Shown one piece after another: positions 37,612 through 51,039 of a stretch of DNA of 64,000 nucleotides (the first letter of the stretch is position 1; each line of letters begins with the position of its first letter). The translations under genes and the position numbers were made by a program. The notes under the pieces are model-generated. The model had not been told where the DNA came from. It searched no databases and saw only the letters and a program-made list of their open reading frames with translations. Source of the DNA: the human T2T-CHM13v2.0 reference genome, Homo sapiens; NCBI RefSeq assembly GCF_009914755.1, contig NC_060925.1, one strand, 5' to 3'.

Positions 37612-39869
37612 AATTTATTTCTGAATTTCTCCAGATACTTTTAAGATAAATTCTCTCAAAAATTCTCCCAAAAGTATGCCCAGTGTGTTGTGAAATAACA
37701 AAAATGTGAGGCTATTTGGCACTTCATAAACATTACATCAATATATGAGTGTCTCTGCTACTCTTGCTGTGGTTCCTTGTTTTCTCACCACAGAATATAT
37801 GTGCAAAAAGCTTCCTATTGCTGGTTTATAAAATAGCTTGATTAATCATTTCTGTATTCAGTCTTACAATGCAGATGTTAATACTACAGATTCATCATTT
37901 ACAGTTACTGACATGTTTATGCCATTTCATTCTTTTTCTCAATCACATTCTTTCCTCCTTTATGCCTTCCTTTTTCTTTCTTCCTTTTTCATTGCTACCT
38001 TTCTCTTTCTCTGTCCTCTCCTGTTTTTGCTTCTTTATTCAGTTCTCATTTATGTATATCTAATATAAACTACATAAAATATACATCCTATCCAGATGAA
38101 AATTATATTTTCTTCCCTGAAACCAAAGAATTAATTCCTTGAGCCAATTCATCTCCCACTGTAAGCTCTAATCATGTTTCCAAATCATAAGAAGAAAACA
38201 AAAAACGAAATTAATAGACCTAAGGCAAAGATAGAGCTCACAAAAGTAGGGCACTGTAGAAAGAATCATTTGGACACTTTAGAAAAGCAAGAACTTTTTT
38301 CAGCTTTCTGTCTTTTCCAATCCTTTGCATGTCTGGCAAATACATTATGGAAGGAAAGCGTTTCGGCTGTTGGATTTCAGCTTCTTGGGTTTCAGCTCTC
38401 ATGTATGAATACTGATAATTCAGCATACTGCCAAAGCTCTGGTACCCTGGGACTAAGGAGATAGTATGTAGATTTTCTTACTTGCTCCTTTGCGTCCTTT
38501 TTCCTCTAGCACCTACCTTTTGACTATTTTGCTACATTCTACAAGGAGGAAATAGATTTTTCAAGAAAGAAGAAATTTAGTTACCTGTCTTTTCTTTACT
38601 CCTTGTGTAATCTTAGTGAAAGCAGCAGTCAAAAATAAAGACTAAGCAAATTGCAGAATTGTATAATGAATTTTTCACATAGTTGGTTCCCCCACCCAAC
38701 AAGGTAAAATTTAGTTCCCCTTACTTTATCTTAAAACTGTAAAAGAATTTTGGAGACAAATGTCCTAACAATTCAAAATTAGTTTGTATCAAGTGTATTT
38801 CCACTTTGTTTCTTTTTATGCTTAAGTATTAACACAAATAAAAGAAGCCACATTTTATTCATGTATACACATTGGTTAGACACACTATTTACGGTCTACT
38901 TGGGCTAAGAATTGTGACCACATGGGTGGCAAGTAGGTCTTCTGTTGTTTTTTATCAAACAGGTGGCAATATCCCTGACATCTGCTTAATAATACTTCAG
39001 TAAACATTCTAAATAAAAGAAGGAAAAAAGGAAGGGAGAAAGAAGACAGAGAGAAACTAAGGAAAGGGAGGGGATAAATACATTATAGTGAAGGAACTAC
39101 AGATTATGGAGGAACAGAAGAAGGAAACTAGAATGCAAACTTTAAAAAAGCAATTGACATGATAAATACCATGATTTCGACCAATTCAAGGATATAGAGA
39201 ATCTTTATCTATAAGGAAGAGTTTAAGTTTTGAAAATAATTCCTCAAAAATCTTTTAGGTGAAAGAATTATGAGCAGAAAAATATCTTCTGGAGTTCACT
39301 TAAAATTTAACTGGAAAAATTAATCATTAGCTAAAAGGCCATTAATGTTTATACCACTGAGAAATCATGTGACATACTAGTTTGAAATGTTTAGACAGCT
39401 GTTTCTTCTAGTCATCTTTGTTCAACCTATAATATTTTCCATTTATTTAAGATTTGCTCTTCTCCACAGGATACACATTATACATGTGTCAAAAGAGGAC
39501 TAGAGTAGGAGTGTGAATATCTGACTTTACAGCCATACTTTACCCTGTGCCCTGTGACGAGTTACTTAGCTTCTTTAACCTTCAGCAGAAGCTTTGGAAT
39601 TCAAGCAAATATTTGTTCAAATTATGATTCTGCATGACTGTGGACTATCGATAGTTTTCTGAGTCCCAATGTGTTAAACTGTGATTTCACTTGCTGATCT
39701 GTTGCCAGGATGAAAGGATATAACAGGTAAAACCCACCTACGACAGAGTCTTACACTGGGTAAATGCTCATAATGAAACAACATGAATTAAATGTTTGAC
39801 TATACATTTTTTTTGTTTTAAAGAAAATCAACTTAAGATATGATTATTTCTCTCATTAAAGATGTTAGG

Positions 39870-39995
39870 TATGATTGGTGAACCAAGTTCCTGGGCCCCA
39901 TCCCAGACATAAGAATTTCTAGGAGTAGGATTCAGGAATCTCATGTTAAAATATGCAGTCCCAGAGAACTATTACGTATACACAGAGGTTGCAAG
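39870..39995. mobile_element. MER5A-like hAT-Charlie fragment
   Basis: ttcctgggccccatcccagac..agaatttctaggagtagg..caggaatct. Confidence 0.55.
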
Positions 39996-41829
39996 GTCCA
40001 TTATGTATGTAAATCAACAACCCAAAACTGTTATTAGGGATTCCTTAAATACCAGCTAACCATCAATATGGAGGAATATGTCTACAAGAAGGTAAGGAAA
40101 AGTTGAAAGTTCTGTAGAGAAGAGGACAACAGCAGATGGCTTTTAATTTATATGCATTTTGGGGCTCCGTGGCAACTATGTACAATAAAATTTATAAACT
40201 GTAGTAGAAATTTTACACATAGGAAGAATAAGCCACACACTAAAGCCTGTCATAATACATCACTTCTGTTCTGGTCCAGTAATATTAACTGTTTGGTGAA
40301 CATCTCTCATTCTGGGGCCAGTCACTTTTTTTTTTTTTAATTTCATCTCCTTTCAGTAGTTTGTAAATGCTAATCCCATTTTAAAATTTGAATACAATTG
40401 AACCTTATCAATTTTAATGACTTAGTTACATATCTATTAAGCATTAGAATGAAGACAAACTCAGAGGAAAAAATCTAAATATTATTTTTTAAATATGTGT
40501 TGAAAGTTTTGTTTCACAGAATAATGGAGTGAGGGAGGGGGCAGATGGAAGCACTTAACAACCTCAGGGAAAACAGTCATTTATTGCCATAGCAGGACAA
40601 CATCAAAGATACAATAACTTTTATTTGTGATGTAACATTTAGGTTCTTGAGTGACAATACACTATATTGGCTTGAGACCATTTTCTTAGGAGCCAGACTG
40701 TCCACTTTGAATCCTGTTCATTTACTTCACCTGGAAAATAGGAATTAAATATAGGGTTGTGCTAAGAATTAAAGCACAGTTGCAGGTAAAGCATTTAAAA
40801 GAATGCCTGTGCACAGAATAAACAGGAAATAAATGTAAACTCTTATTCCTATTATGAATGTTATTCCTACTATCATCTTTTAAAGAAATATTGTAGGCAT
40901 TTTCTTTATTATAGCCACTTTTTTTTTCTCAGAAGATGGAACATTTCGTTTTCTCTTCAACAATTCATGCACTCACGCATAGTATTACACTATATACCTG
41001 TGTTTCACCTTTTTAAAAATAGATGCCATTTTAATAACATGATCAAGACTATATTGAAATATACTTGTATGACTTCTTTGTGATCCTTTTGAAACCCTCA
41101 AAAATATGGAAAACAATATTGCTCAAATTCAGGACAGACATTCTAGATGTGTAACGCTTTTCACTGAAGTATTAGAACATATGTTGATAGAAAAACAATT
41201 ACCTCGTCTCATGGTTAAATCTGCTCTGAGCAGTAATAATCTTATTTCAAAGGTCCCTTATTCCAACCTTCTAATCCTTTATTGCTCTCCAAATCTGTGC
41301 AATGTGGATACAAACTTTAAAACCTAAACTATATAATTTCAGAATCTTTTTGAAGTTAAAGATTAGCACTTTTTTATGGTTAGGCTATTTTATTTCAGCC
41401 TTCATAGATTTGTTATTCTCAGACATGAATACTTTAAATATAAATTTGGAATTAGGCATCCACAGCCATTTAAGCAAGCATAAGCTGATTATTAGCTCAG
41501 TCACAGACAGATAAAACCAAATAAAATTCTGTCACTGTCTCTCCAGACTCTTGCTCTGGCCATCTCAGTTTTGGCAGCGTTGCCTAGGGCTGATGTTGAC
41601 ACTCCTGACACACAACAGTTTCACTCTTGGAAATACTTTTGCACTCTGAGAAAGGGAAATGTCACTTTCAAAGATCCCTCAACTTTGAGTCTCTCAAGAA
41701 AGTACACACACACACATACACACACACACACTTTAATTTATTAACCTAAATTCAATTATCTACTAATAATTTTGGCTTGCAAGAAGGCAATGAATAAGTG
41801 TGTGAAGCAGTTGAATGTGTAAGTTATAT

Positions 41830-42090
41830 TTTAAAGATAATATTAGCTGATGTTAACATTCATTGAGCTTTTCTCATGTGCACAGTTATATTACAAGGAT
41901 TATTTCATTTTCACAACTCTCACTACTCCCTGATATAAGTATGCTTGTTATCCTAACATAAATAAACACACAAGTTTTAAGAAGTTTAAATAACTAGAAC
42001 CTGTCCAAGATCTAGCAGCTAGTGAGTGTCAGAGCTAAAGGTTTACCCCTGGTCTCTATTTCTCCAGAATCACAGCTTCTTATCGTCATG
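41830..42090 (-). mobile_element. MIR SINE
   Basis: aacattcattgagc..tgtgca..tcacaactct..gtccaagatctagcagctagtgagtgtcagagct. Confidence 0.6.
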
Positions 42091-43079
42091 AACTGATGTA
42101 ATTCAAATAATTTATTATTTAATCTGGTTAAGTGGTGTACACAGAAAAATGTGCTTACTTCTCAGAGAGCTATAGAAATTTTCTGTCCACATCTATGCAG
42201 CATAATATAGTTCAAAAAAATCAATAGATAAATCTCTCTTCCACTTATAATATAAAATATAAAAAGAAACACATCAACTTTTAAAGTGAGAAACATGAGT
42301 CACACAAAGATAAACACAATTACTTTTCTGGAAGTAAAAAAATTACCAAAAATAACTATATTTTAAAAATTAGCGTACACATGCAATTTTCTATCAAAGA
42401 TTACTGTCAATTGAAATATATTTTTCACTAAATCATATATATTAAAATAAAAAGGTTTAAAAAGTATTATTATAGGCAAGTTCATGCTGTTAAGTGATTA
42501 GTGTGATTGAGGAATATGGATACATGCAACTATTCTGCAAATAGGAGCCATCAGGCCTCTCCTATGTTCTTTTATAACATCTTGGTATTCACCCCCCCAT
42601 AATATTCATTACACCAGGTCACTGTTATCAAACCAGCTACATAATTTGTATTCTGTGAGATAAAACAATTATATACATACACATATATATAATGAAAATG
42701 ATTTTATATATATAACATATGTTTATTTCATAATTTTATTATCATAAAGTACCTAAGTCAGTTTACAGTGTTTATGTTTAAATCTTTGCATTGCAACCTT
42801 CAAAACCTTTATTGCTCTTAAAATCTCTGCATTATGAATTCAAATTTGAAAATCTAAACAATAAATTTTAAGGATTTTAAAAGTATAATATTATTTTTAA
42901 AAGGTCATTTCATTTCATCCTTCATAGATCTGTTCGTCTGTGACCCTAATATTTGAAACTAAATATAAATTTGTTATGAATAAATACATTAATTAACAAC
43001 ATAGAGAGGAAGCTAGAAAAGCAAGTGCAGACTTAAACTAGAAATGTTCTTGGTTGTAAAGGATTTTTAAAAACATATA

Positions 43080-43135
43080 TTTATTTATTATTATTTTTTA
43101 TTATACTTTAAGTTTTAGGGTACCTGTGCACAATG
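43080..43135 (-). mobile_element. Extremely 5'-truncated L1PA 3' tail
   Basis: ttattatactttaagttttagggtacctgtgcacaatg matches the reverse complement of the L1PA terminal ~35 nt plus tail. Confidence 0.75.
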
Positions 43136-43624
43136 ATTTAATACTTTTTTCTTACTACCCAGTGAGTGGTAGACATTTTAAAACCTGGACTTATTTTCAT
43201 AATATCTGTTTTTCTTTAAAATATGTTTCATGACCAATTTCCCATTAGTTTAAAGACAAATCTATATATTTTTCTTGTTGAACATTGAAAACCTGAAAAC
43301 AAATGAAATTGTATAATTTAAATAATTTAATGAAATTTTAGTGTGCTTCCAAAAGTGGTACAATTTAGCATCCCTTTAAACCAAATGTTTCTGGACTCAC
43401 TACTTACTCTCTTTTTACAATCATCGTTGTTGTTCTCAATGCTGAATATCAGCTCATTCCTTTGTGTCACAATTAAAGCAAGAATTTGGTTTCTGAAAAT
43501 CTTGAATGTAGTTTTTGTAAAATAGTTTTATTAGATTTGTATTGCCAAGCTAATCTACTTAAATTGATCAATTTCTGATTGGATGACATCCTAATACCTT
43601 TCATATAAAAATATAAATTATTTT

Positions 43625-43735
43625 GAAGCCTTTACATTCTGACAACATCTAGTTGTCATTACTCAATAAGATATTTTCTTCGAAGCCTTTACATTCTGAC
43701 AACATCTAGCTGTCATTACTCAATAACATATTTTC
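43625..43735. repeat. 57-bp tandem duplication (2 copies)
   Basis: gaagcctttacattctgacaacatctag(t/c)tgtcattactcaataa(g/c)atattttc starting at 43625 and 43682. Confidence 0.92.
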
Positions 43736-45908
43736 CACACTTAAAAATCTGTCCTTGTTACCCTCCTAAATATGTCATGTACAATTTCAACTACGTGGAA
43801 TTTTCTTTTACAGAATCGAATGTCCTTTTTCCTCTGCTTAGCCAGTTTAAGATTTAAATTCAATTTTTCTTACCCTAAATGATCTTCCTTAACAATCTAA
43901 CTTACAATGACTTACTTTTTTGGACAAGTGTGTTAATTATTATCTATATCACTTATTTGTAATTAAGCCCACTATAACAATATAGTGTTGTATAATAGAT
44001 TCTTATCTTGTGATTTCAACTAAAATATACCATTCCTGATAGTATCTGTGTTTGTCTATATGTTAGCTTTCCTAATTGGAGTATGATCTCCTAAGAAAGA
44101 AGAAAATGTATATTGTTACACTAGAATCCCTAGAGTCCAAGAAAGTGCTTTTTCTCCCAACCCCTCCAAACAAAATTGCTAGATCAAAATTGACCTCGAC
44201 TTATGTTGGCGAGAAAATGTAACAGTGAACACTCTTAAAAACTCTTTTACTGGGGAAAATCAAATAATTATGGCACTGAATTTTTTTTAATGAATTTATG
44301 ATCTGGAAAATAATAATCTGATTTCTGGTATTGTAAGTCATGTGACTGCTATGTCATCAAATAACAATATGGCCTTCTAGACTCTATATTATTGTTTAGG
44401 AGTTTGATTGACTAAAATGTAATTTCAAAACTGGTCATCTTTAAAATGCTAATGTAGATGGAGATACTGGAGCTGAATAGTTGTCAGAAACTGGGCCATT
44501 AAAAAACAAAACAAAACAAAAAACACCAAGATAATATCACCTTCTAGGAATCCTTGATAGGTGAACTTCATCGATCAAAAATGTCACCCAAGTCACACTC
44601 GCAATGCAAGAGCTTTATATTAACATTTTCTAGTGGTTGGAATAAAATTCTGAACTCAGAATCATAACCGCATTAATAGAGATGCCACAAAATCACCAGG
44701 AAATAATAGGTTATACGGCCCTTACAAATGTTACCTTTTATGAGCATAAGCAAATCGTGTGTGTGTGTGTGTGTGCGCACACGCTGGTATAAAATTTGTA
44801 CAATGGTTTAAGGAATGACAATTCATAACTTTAAAAGTCGGCTCATTTAAAATACTAATAGAAACAGTAAAATGTGGTCCTGTTTCACATGACTTTGCTT
44901 TTCAGGGAGAAGAGTACATAGGTATTATCTCTTAATTTTTCTAACAATTTAATATGACATTATGTTTACAGAAAATAAAATCAGAATGTATAAAATGACT
45001 GTTCTAAAGACAGAAGCAATCTAGTATGCCTAACCATCTATGGCCACATTATTTTCCAGATGAGACTACAAACAATGATGAATTAACTTAAATTACTATT
45101 TCACATCTACATAGAAAACAAATATTTAATCCTTGGTTTTCCAGACAAAGTTACAAAATGTAGACCATCTCCCTCACCTCAGTGACAAGACTTCTCACTA
45201 ACCAAAATATCATCTGATTGGAAAAAAAATGAGTCTCTTTGGATGATATCAGCAATCACGCAAATCAAATAGGTGTTCAAAATACACTGTTCTCTCTTAC
45301 TTGTGGGGTAAACCACAGCAATACAAATGAGAGCCTTTTATCAGCTGGCAGGAAGATAGAAATTTGTGTTACTTGAAGAGCTTCATCTGTTCAGTTAGCA
45401 GGGAGAAGATCCGTAAGTTTTTTCCTTAGTGTTTCTAGTTCAGCCTTAATGTAATTTTTGAACAGTAAATCCACTTTGAAATCATTTGAATATCAGATAT
45501 TATTGTTTTCTTTTTGTTTACAAAGTTATGTTATCTTTATTTCTGTATTCATGTATTGCTTTTATCATGTATTGTCTTTTGATATTAAAATGATTCTTTG
45601 GAGGATAAAAAGAAGCCACATCATATGTAAATAATTGCTAAAACCATGATATGAAAAGTTACATTTTTTCATATATTTACATATGATATGTAGATTAAAT
45701 ACCTGTTCAAACAAAAATAGTTTGACCTTACAAAATCATACATAATTATCAAGCCAAGGATTAACAAAAGTCATTCTGGACATAGTTTACCAGATCCCCA
45801 GTATGTACTTACTAGAGTTCTGAGTCACAATCTCTCCAGTATTCAGAGCCATCAACCTATTGACACATTCCTCATATACACCATAAAGTAATAATCATAA
45901 GTATACAA

Positions 45909-46495
45909 TGTGATGGCTAAGTTTTGGTGTCAACTTCACTGGATTAGGGGATACGCAGATAGCTGGACAAGCATCATTTCTGGGTATGCCTGTGAGGGTG
46001 TTTCCAGAAGAGATTACCATTTGAATCAGTGGACTGAATAAAGAAGATGTGCTCTCACCCAATGTGGGCAGACACCTTCTAGTCCAATGAGGATCTGGAT
46101 GGAACAAAATGTCAGAGGAAAAGCAAACTCATTCATACTCTCTTCTGGAGTTGGCAAGCTCTTTTTTTCCCTGCCCTTGGGCATCTGAATTTCAGTTTCT
46201 CCAGCCTTTGGACTCCAAGACTTGCACCAGTAGTCCCTCAGGTTCTCAGGCCTTCAGCCTCAGACTGAGAGTTACACTATTGGCTTCTCTGGTTCAGAGG
46301 CTTTCAGATTTGGACTGATCCTCATGACTGGATTCTCTGGTTCTCCAGCTTGCAGGTGATCAACTGTGGGACTTTTCAGCCTCTTTAATCATGTGAGTCC
46401 ATTCTTCTAGTAAGTCCCCTTTCATATGTGTGTATGTATATCTGTATATATCTATTCTATTGGCTCTGTCTCTCTGGAGAACCCTGACTAATACA
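45909..46495 (+). mobile_element. MLT2 (MLT2B-like) ERVL solo LTR
   Basis: tgtgatggctaa..gtgtcaacttcactggatta...ctctggagaaccctgactaataca. Confidence 0.88.
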
Positions 46496-47367
46496 ATAAA
46501 GAGAACTCACTATGTACACGATGGGCTATGACACATTTTTTGTATATTAATGCTTACTTAGCCTTTGCAACCAATACGTGTGGTGAATGCTTTAATAGTC
46601 TCCAGTTATAAGTAGGGAGAGTAAGGTACACCAGATACCTCATAAGTTACAGGACAGTCTGTCTAGGAAAATGAGGTAGAACTCATGCTCTCAACCACTC
46701 TATTATCTATCATGTTACTAGCCCACCCAAGAAAGGCACATAAAATATTGTGAAAAAAAATTGAGAAAAGATATTTTTCTAGGTAATTATAATCTCACAC
46801 CTTTCTAAGATGAGAGTTGTCTGAAACATTTTAGGCAGCCCAGATAAACTTTGGAAAAAAATGTGAGCTGCTCTACTTTCTCTGGATGAAGCAACACAAA
46901 GTAAGATGGGCATGTAACTCATACTGGCATCTTGATATCATCATGATATTTTATAGTTTCTCTATAGTTTAGCCAAGTACCCTCTACTAAAACACATATT
47001 TCATAGAGTATGTTAAAGCCAGATGACTGTTGGAGTCCTGTAGTATAAATGGAATTCTGAAGTGACCTGAATCAGGATATCTCAGGCCTTCTATTCAACC
47101 AGCCTAAAAACTAAGAAACGGGCAACTCACCTCAGCTGATGTTTGTGGCCATTAGGAATAGATTTTTAGGTTACATCTATATTCCATGAAAAAAAATTAC
47201 AAAAACTGAATGGACACAGGGTTAAAACCAAGTAGCCTTTGATTTTGGAAATTAAATTATTATTATGTAAACACTTTGAATCACAATCTATGATTCTTCT
47301 AGCACAAGATAAACCTGTCAAAAAACTATCATGAACCAGAATACACTATTTTATTAAAACTTTAATT

Positions 47368-47596
47368 GGATCACGTGGTCAGGAGATTGAGATCATCCTG
47401 GCTAACACGGTGAAACCCCGTCTCTACTAAAAATACAAAAAGAAATTAGCCGGGCGTGGTGTTGGGCGCCTGTAATCCCAGCTACTCAGGAGGCTGAGGC
47501 AGGAGAATGGAGTGAACCCGGGAGGCGGAGCTTGCAGTCAGCCGAGATTGGGCCACTGCACTCCAGCCGGGAGCCTGGGCGACAGAGCAAGACTCC

Positions 47597-47627
<31 letters not shown>
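47368..47627 (+). mobile_element. 5'-truncated AluY
   Basis: Starts at ggatcacg; catcctggctaacacggtg, ggcggagcttgcag; 28-A tail; TSD aactttaattgga. Confidence 0.9.
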
Positions 47628-47628
<1 letters not shown>

Positions 47629-47879
47629 TTTAGAACTTTAATTGGAACAGAGGAAGGGAATTACTTTGGACCCGATGGTAATCACCTCCTTATTTAAACA
47701 GTTTACTCAAAATATTTCTTTTCTTTTTTTAATTAGTAGGTCATCTTTATATATATTGAAGTGTTACGGTATCTGGTTGTGTGAGGGGCAAAGGGAATCT
47801 GAGGAGGTAAGTGAGAAACAGCAACGTGATATGTAATTATGTAATTTAAGAGTGGGTGCTTTATTTGACATTGGTGCCT

Positions 47880-48260
47880 ATCCAATATTCACAGGTCTAT
47901 TATTCTTCCTAACAGGACCTTGATTTTGTTCAACACAATGTGCCAAAATAAAACAATTTTTCCAGTTTCCCTTAGAGTTAGAGGTAGCTATGTTACGCAG
48001 TTCTGAAACAAACAGAAGTCTAATGTGGGAGAGTCTTGGATTGCTTCTTACTCCTTTAGTCAACAGACATGGCTTACTCTACTACTTTCTGCTACTCACC
48101 CTGAAAATGGACATGAGGTCTCAAGCTGCAGGAGCCATCTTGCCATTTCAAAGTCACAATCATAAGGAAACTTGAGGGGAAAGGAGGGTGAATCATAATT
48201 GGCCCTGAAATCAAGTTCAGGGACCATTGGAAGCAATTTCTTCCTATATTAGAAAGAAAA
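47880..48260 (+). mobile_element. Old MLT1 LTR fragment
   Basis: ttccagtttcccttagagttagaggtagctatgt..gctgcaggagccatcttg. Confidence 0.5.
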
Positions 48261-49374
48261 ATTAAGAACCTTCTGTGAATGGAGATTGGAGGACTGGAGG
48301 AGTGTTCCAGGGCTGAAACAACTTGAATGGATTTGCATACTGAGTCTCAAAAAAGTGTTTAGAGGAAAATACCTCAGAAACTAACTTGTTTTTAGCAACT
48401 CTAAAATGAAAGCCAAGCAGGCCATATAGTTGGAACTTTTGTGGAATAAATAGATAAAAGGGTGAAAATCTGAAAGAGGAAGTTGAGCCTATTGACCAAA
48501 CGGACAGGTGATTTTCTTTCACCAAACAGAGTAAAAACATATAACTTAGTACAACAATCAAAAAAAGTAGTAACAACATGGGAGAGAATGTGGAGGTTTG
48601 AAGCATGACTGGTTATACATGAAAGCTTTTTAGTGCTTGTTGAAGATAAAACCTGGAGGCATGTAAAGAAAAGGCTTTTAAAAATTAAGTATGTGTTTTC
48701 AGCCTCAGCAATCCATATCACAGTGTTCCTGCAACAATGTCAAATTAATGTTGAGAGTATATGCTATTTGCTTGATTTATGAGGATATATTCTAATGTCA
48801 AATAATAATAAAATATTAACTGAAATGAGACTGAAATCACTGAATATTTCTATGCATTAGTATATTATGAATTCCTTGACCATGGCACCACAGGAGGCAA
48901 GTAGTATAGCCTCTATCTTTCACAATGCTATTTTGTTTTTGCACTGAAAAGCTTAGAAAAATACATTTACAGTATTGGATTATGAAAAACAATTTGAAAA
49001 TTAATAAGTACATACTGAATTTTTAATCTAATGTGTACTTTTTCCTTTTCTAAAGAATCAAAAGTCTCCCTTTAGTGTCTTCTTAACTGTATTTGGATTC
49101 TTGTAAGGAATATTTTATTCCTCATTTTAGTTTACTCCCACATAAATCACTCCAGTAAATGATCTGAAGCTCAGCATTTCCCTAGTCCTCTAAATTGGAA
49201 GAAAATTGACACATATATCAATGCCTAAAGTTGTTTTGGTGAGAATTGTACTGAAACATTACATTCCCCAGGAAAGAACCCAGGATTAAATCAAAGCTAC
49301 TTTCAATTAAGTATTCAAAGCACAGGGCTCCATATTAAAAGAAAATGATGTAGTTCTTTTTCTTCATGAAAGCA

Positions 49375-49570
49375 TTACTGAATGGTACAAACTTTCAGCT
49401 ATAAAATAAACTGTGGGGGGTGAATGTATAGTATGGATGGTGAAGGATGTTTTAATTAACTAGATTGTGATAACTGTTGATACTACACAGTGTATATGCA
49501 TATCGAATTATATTGTACACTTTGAATATGTACAAATATTACCAATTAAATATTTTAAGATAATAAAAAA
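49375..49570 (+). mobile_element. L1MA/MB 3' end fragment
   Basis: ggtacaaactttcagctataa..tttaattaactagattgtg..attgtacactttgaatat..aataaaaaa. Confidence 0.65.
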
Positions 49571-50419
49571 GCAATAATCAATTGATTATTATTATAATCA
49601 TGGTAATAGTCCCTATGTACTAATTATTCTTCTTCCACTCCTCCTCATCCTTAATTAATAATTAAGTCAATTGATTAATTATCATTCTCCCACTCCTCCT
49701 CATCCTCCCTCTCCCTTACCTTCTCCTGCTGCTCCTCCTTCTTCTTCCTAACCATCTTTGGAGAATTATGCAATGTCACTTCAGTTTATTATCTTTATTT
49801 AGAGAGGGCGGAGATTGTGGAACATAAAGTTCTGAAACAACTTGTCAGTACCATTGCCGAAAAGTCAGTCCATTTAAAATACGTGGACAAAGAAGAACAT
49901 AATCCCAATCTTTCACGGAATTATGCTAATTAGTTAAACAAACAGCATGTGTCTCCTTTAAGGAGACATTAAGTAAGTTTCTACACATTTACCCATTTCT
50001 AAACATCTGGAATTACTGAAAAATAGAGTTGAGTCAAAATAAGTCAGAATTAAATAGAACTATACTCTTGTTTATAAATGAGAAAGCTGAAATAACAATA
50101 GCAAATTACTCAAGTCCTCCGTCAATTAGTGGCAAAACTAAAACGAGGGAGCATATTTCTAGTATATTGCAAACATGACAGAACAATGGCTGGATTTGAG
50201 ATATGAAATGAGACCTGTCCAATCCATGGTTTGGGGACTCCAAAGCTGTGTGATTTGAGGACATATTAACTTCTTTTGGAATACGTTTTTTTCACTAATA
50301 ACGCAAACTAGGTTTTACCAGAATATCTTTAAATTTCTTTCCAGCTTCAACAGTCTACATTCTACCTGAAGACTCAGGAATCCTATGTGTCTTCAATAAA
50401 AATACTTAGATTATACCAG

Positions 50420-50809
50420 TGATATAGTTTGGATATTTGCACCCACCCAAATCTCATGTTGAAATGTTATCCTCAGTGTTAGGGTTGGGGCCTGGGGGAA
50501 GGTGATCAGATCATGGGGGCAGAGTTCTCATGAATGGAGTGAGTTGTCATGGAATCTGGCCCTGTAGAAGTGTATGGCATCTCCTCCCCACACATTCCTC
50601 TCTTGCTCCTGCTTTCGCCATGTGGCATGCCTGCTTCTGTTCTGCCTTCTGCCACGATTGTGAGCTTCCTGAGGCCTCCCTAGAAGTAGAGCAGTTGCCA
50701 GTACTATGCTTCCTGTAAAGCCTGCAGAACCATGAGCCAATTAAACCTCTTTTCTTTATATTTTACCCAGTCTCAGGTATTTATAATAATGCAAGAATGG
50801 CCTAATACA
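50420..50809 (+). mobile_element. MSTA/MSTB MaLR solo LTR
   Basis: tgatatagtttggatatttg..ccaaatctcatgttgaa...agcctgcagaaccatgagccaattaaacctc...ggcctaataca. Confidence 0.9.
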
Positions 50810-50943
50810 ACCCCCAAAAAATCAGTACCTATAAATTAGATTATAGTAACTATAAAGTCTGTTAGTCAGACTTTATAGTAGTATTATCCAAAGGAAAACA
50901 ACTATCTTCTGTTCTCTTCAAATATTTTAGAAATAAGTTTGCC

Positions 50944-50945
<2 letters not shown>

Positions 50946-50983
<38 letters not shown>
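50946..50983. repeat. (TG)n microsatellite (~18 units)
   Basis: Uninterrupted tgtgtg run. Confidence 0.95.
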
Positions 50984-50984
<1 letters not shown>

Positions 50985-51039
50985 ATGTGTGTTTGCATTT
51001 CTACTGGTCTCTTCTAAATACATTGTAATTATATTACAC

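Noticed and set aside
43625-43735. CRISPR-like repeat with internal hairpin
   Set aside because: Only two abutting copies, no spacers, no cas genes, and the DNA is mammalian; this is a simple tandem duplication
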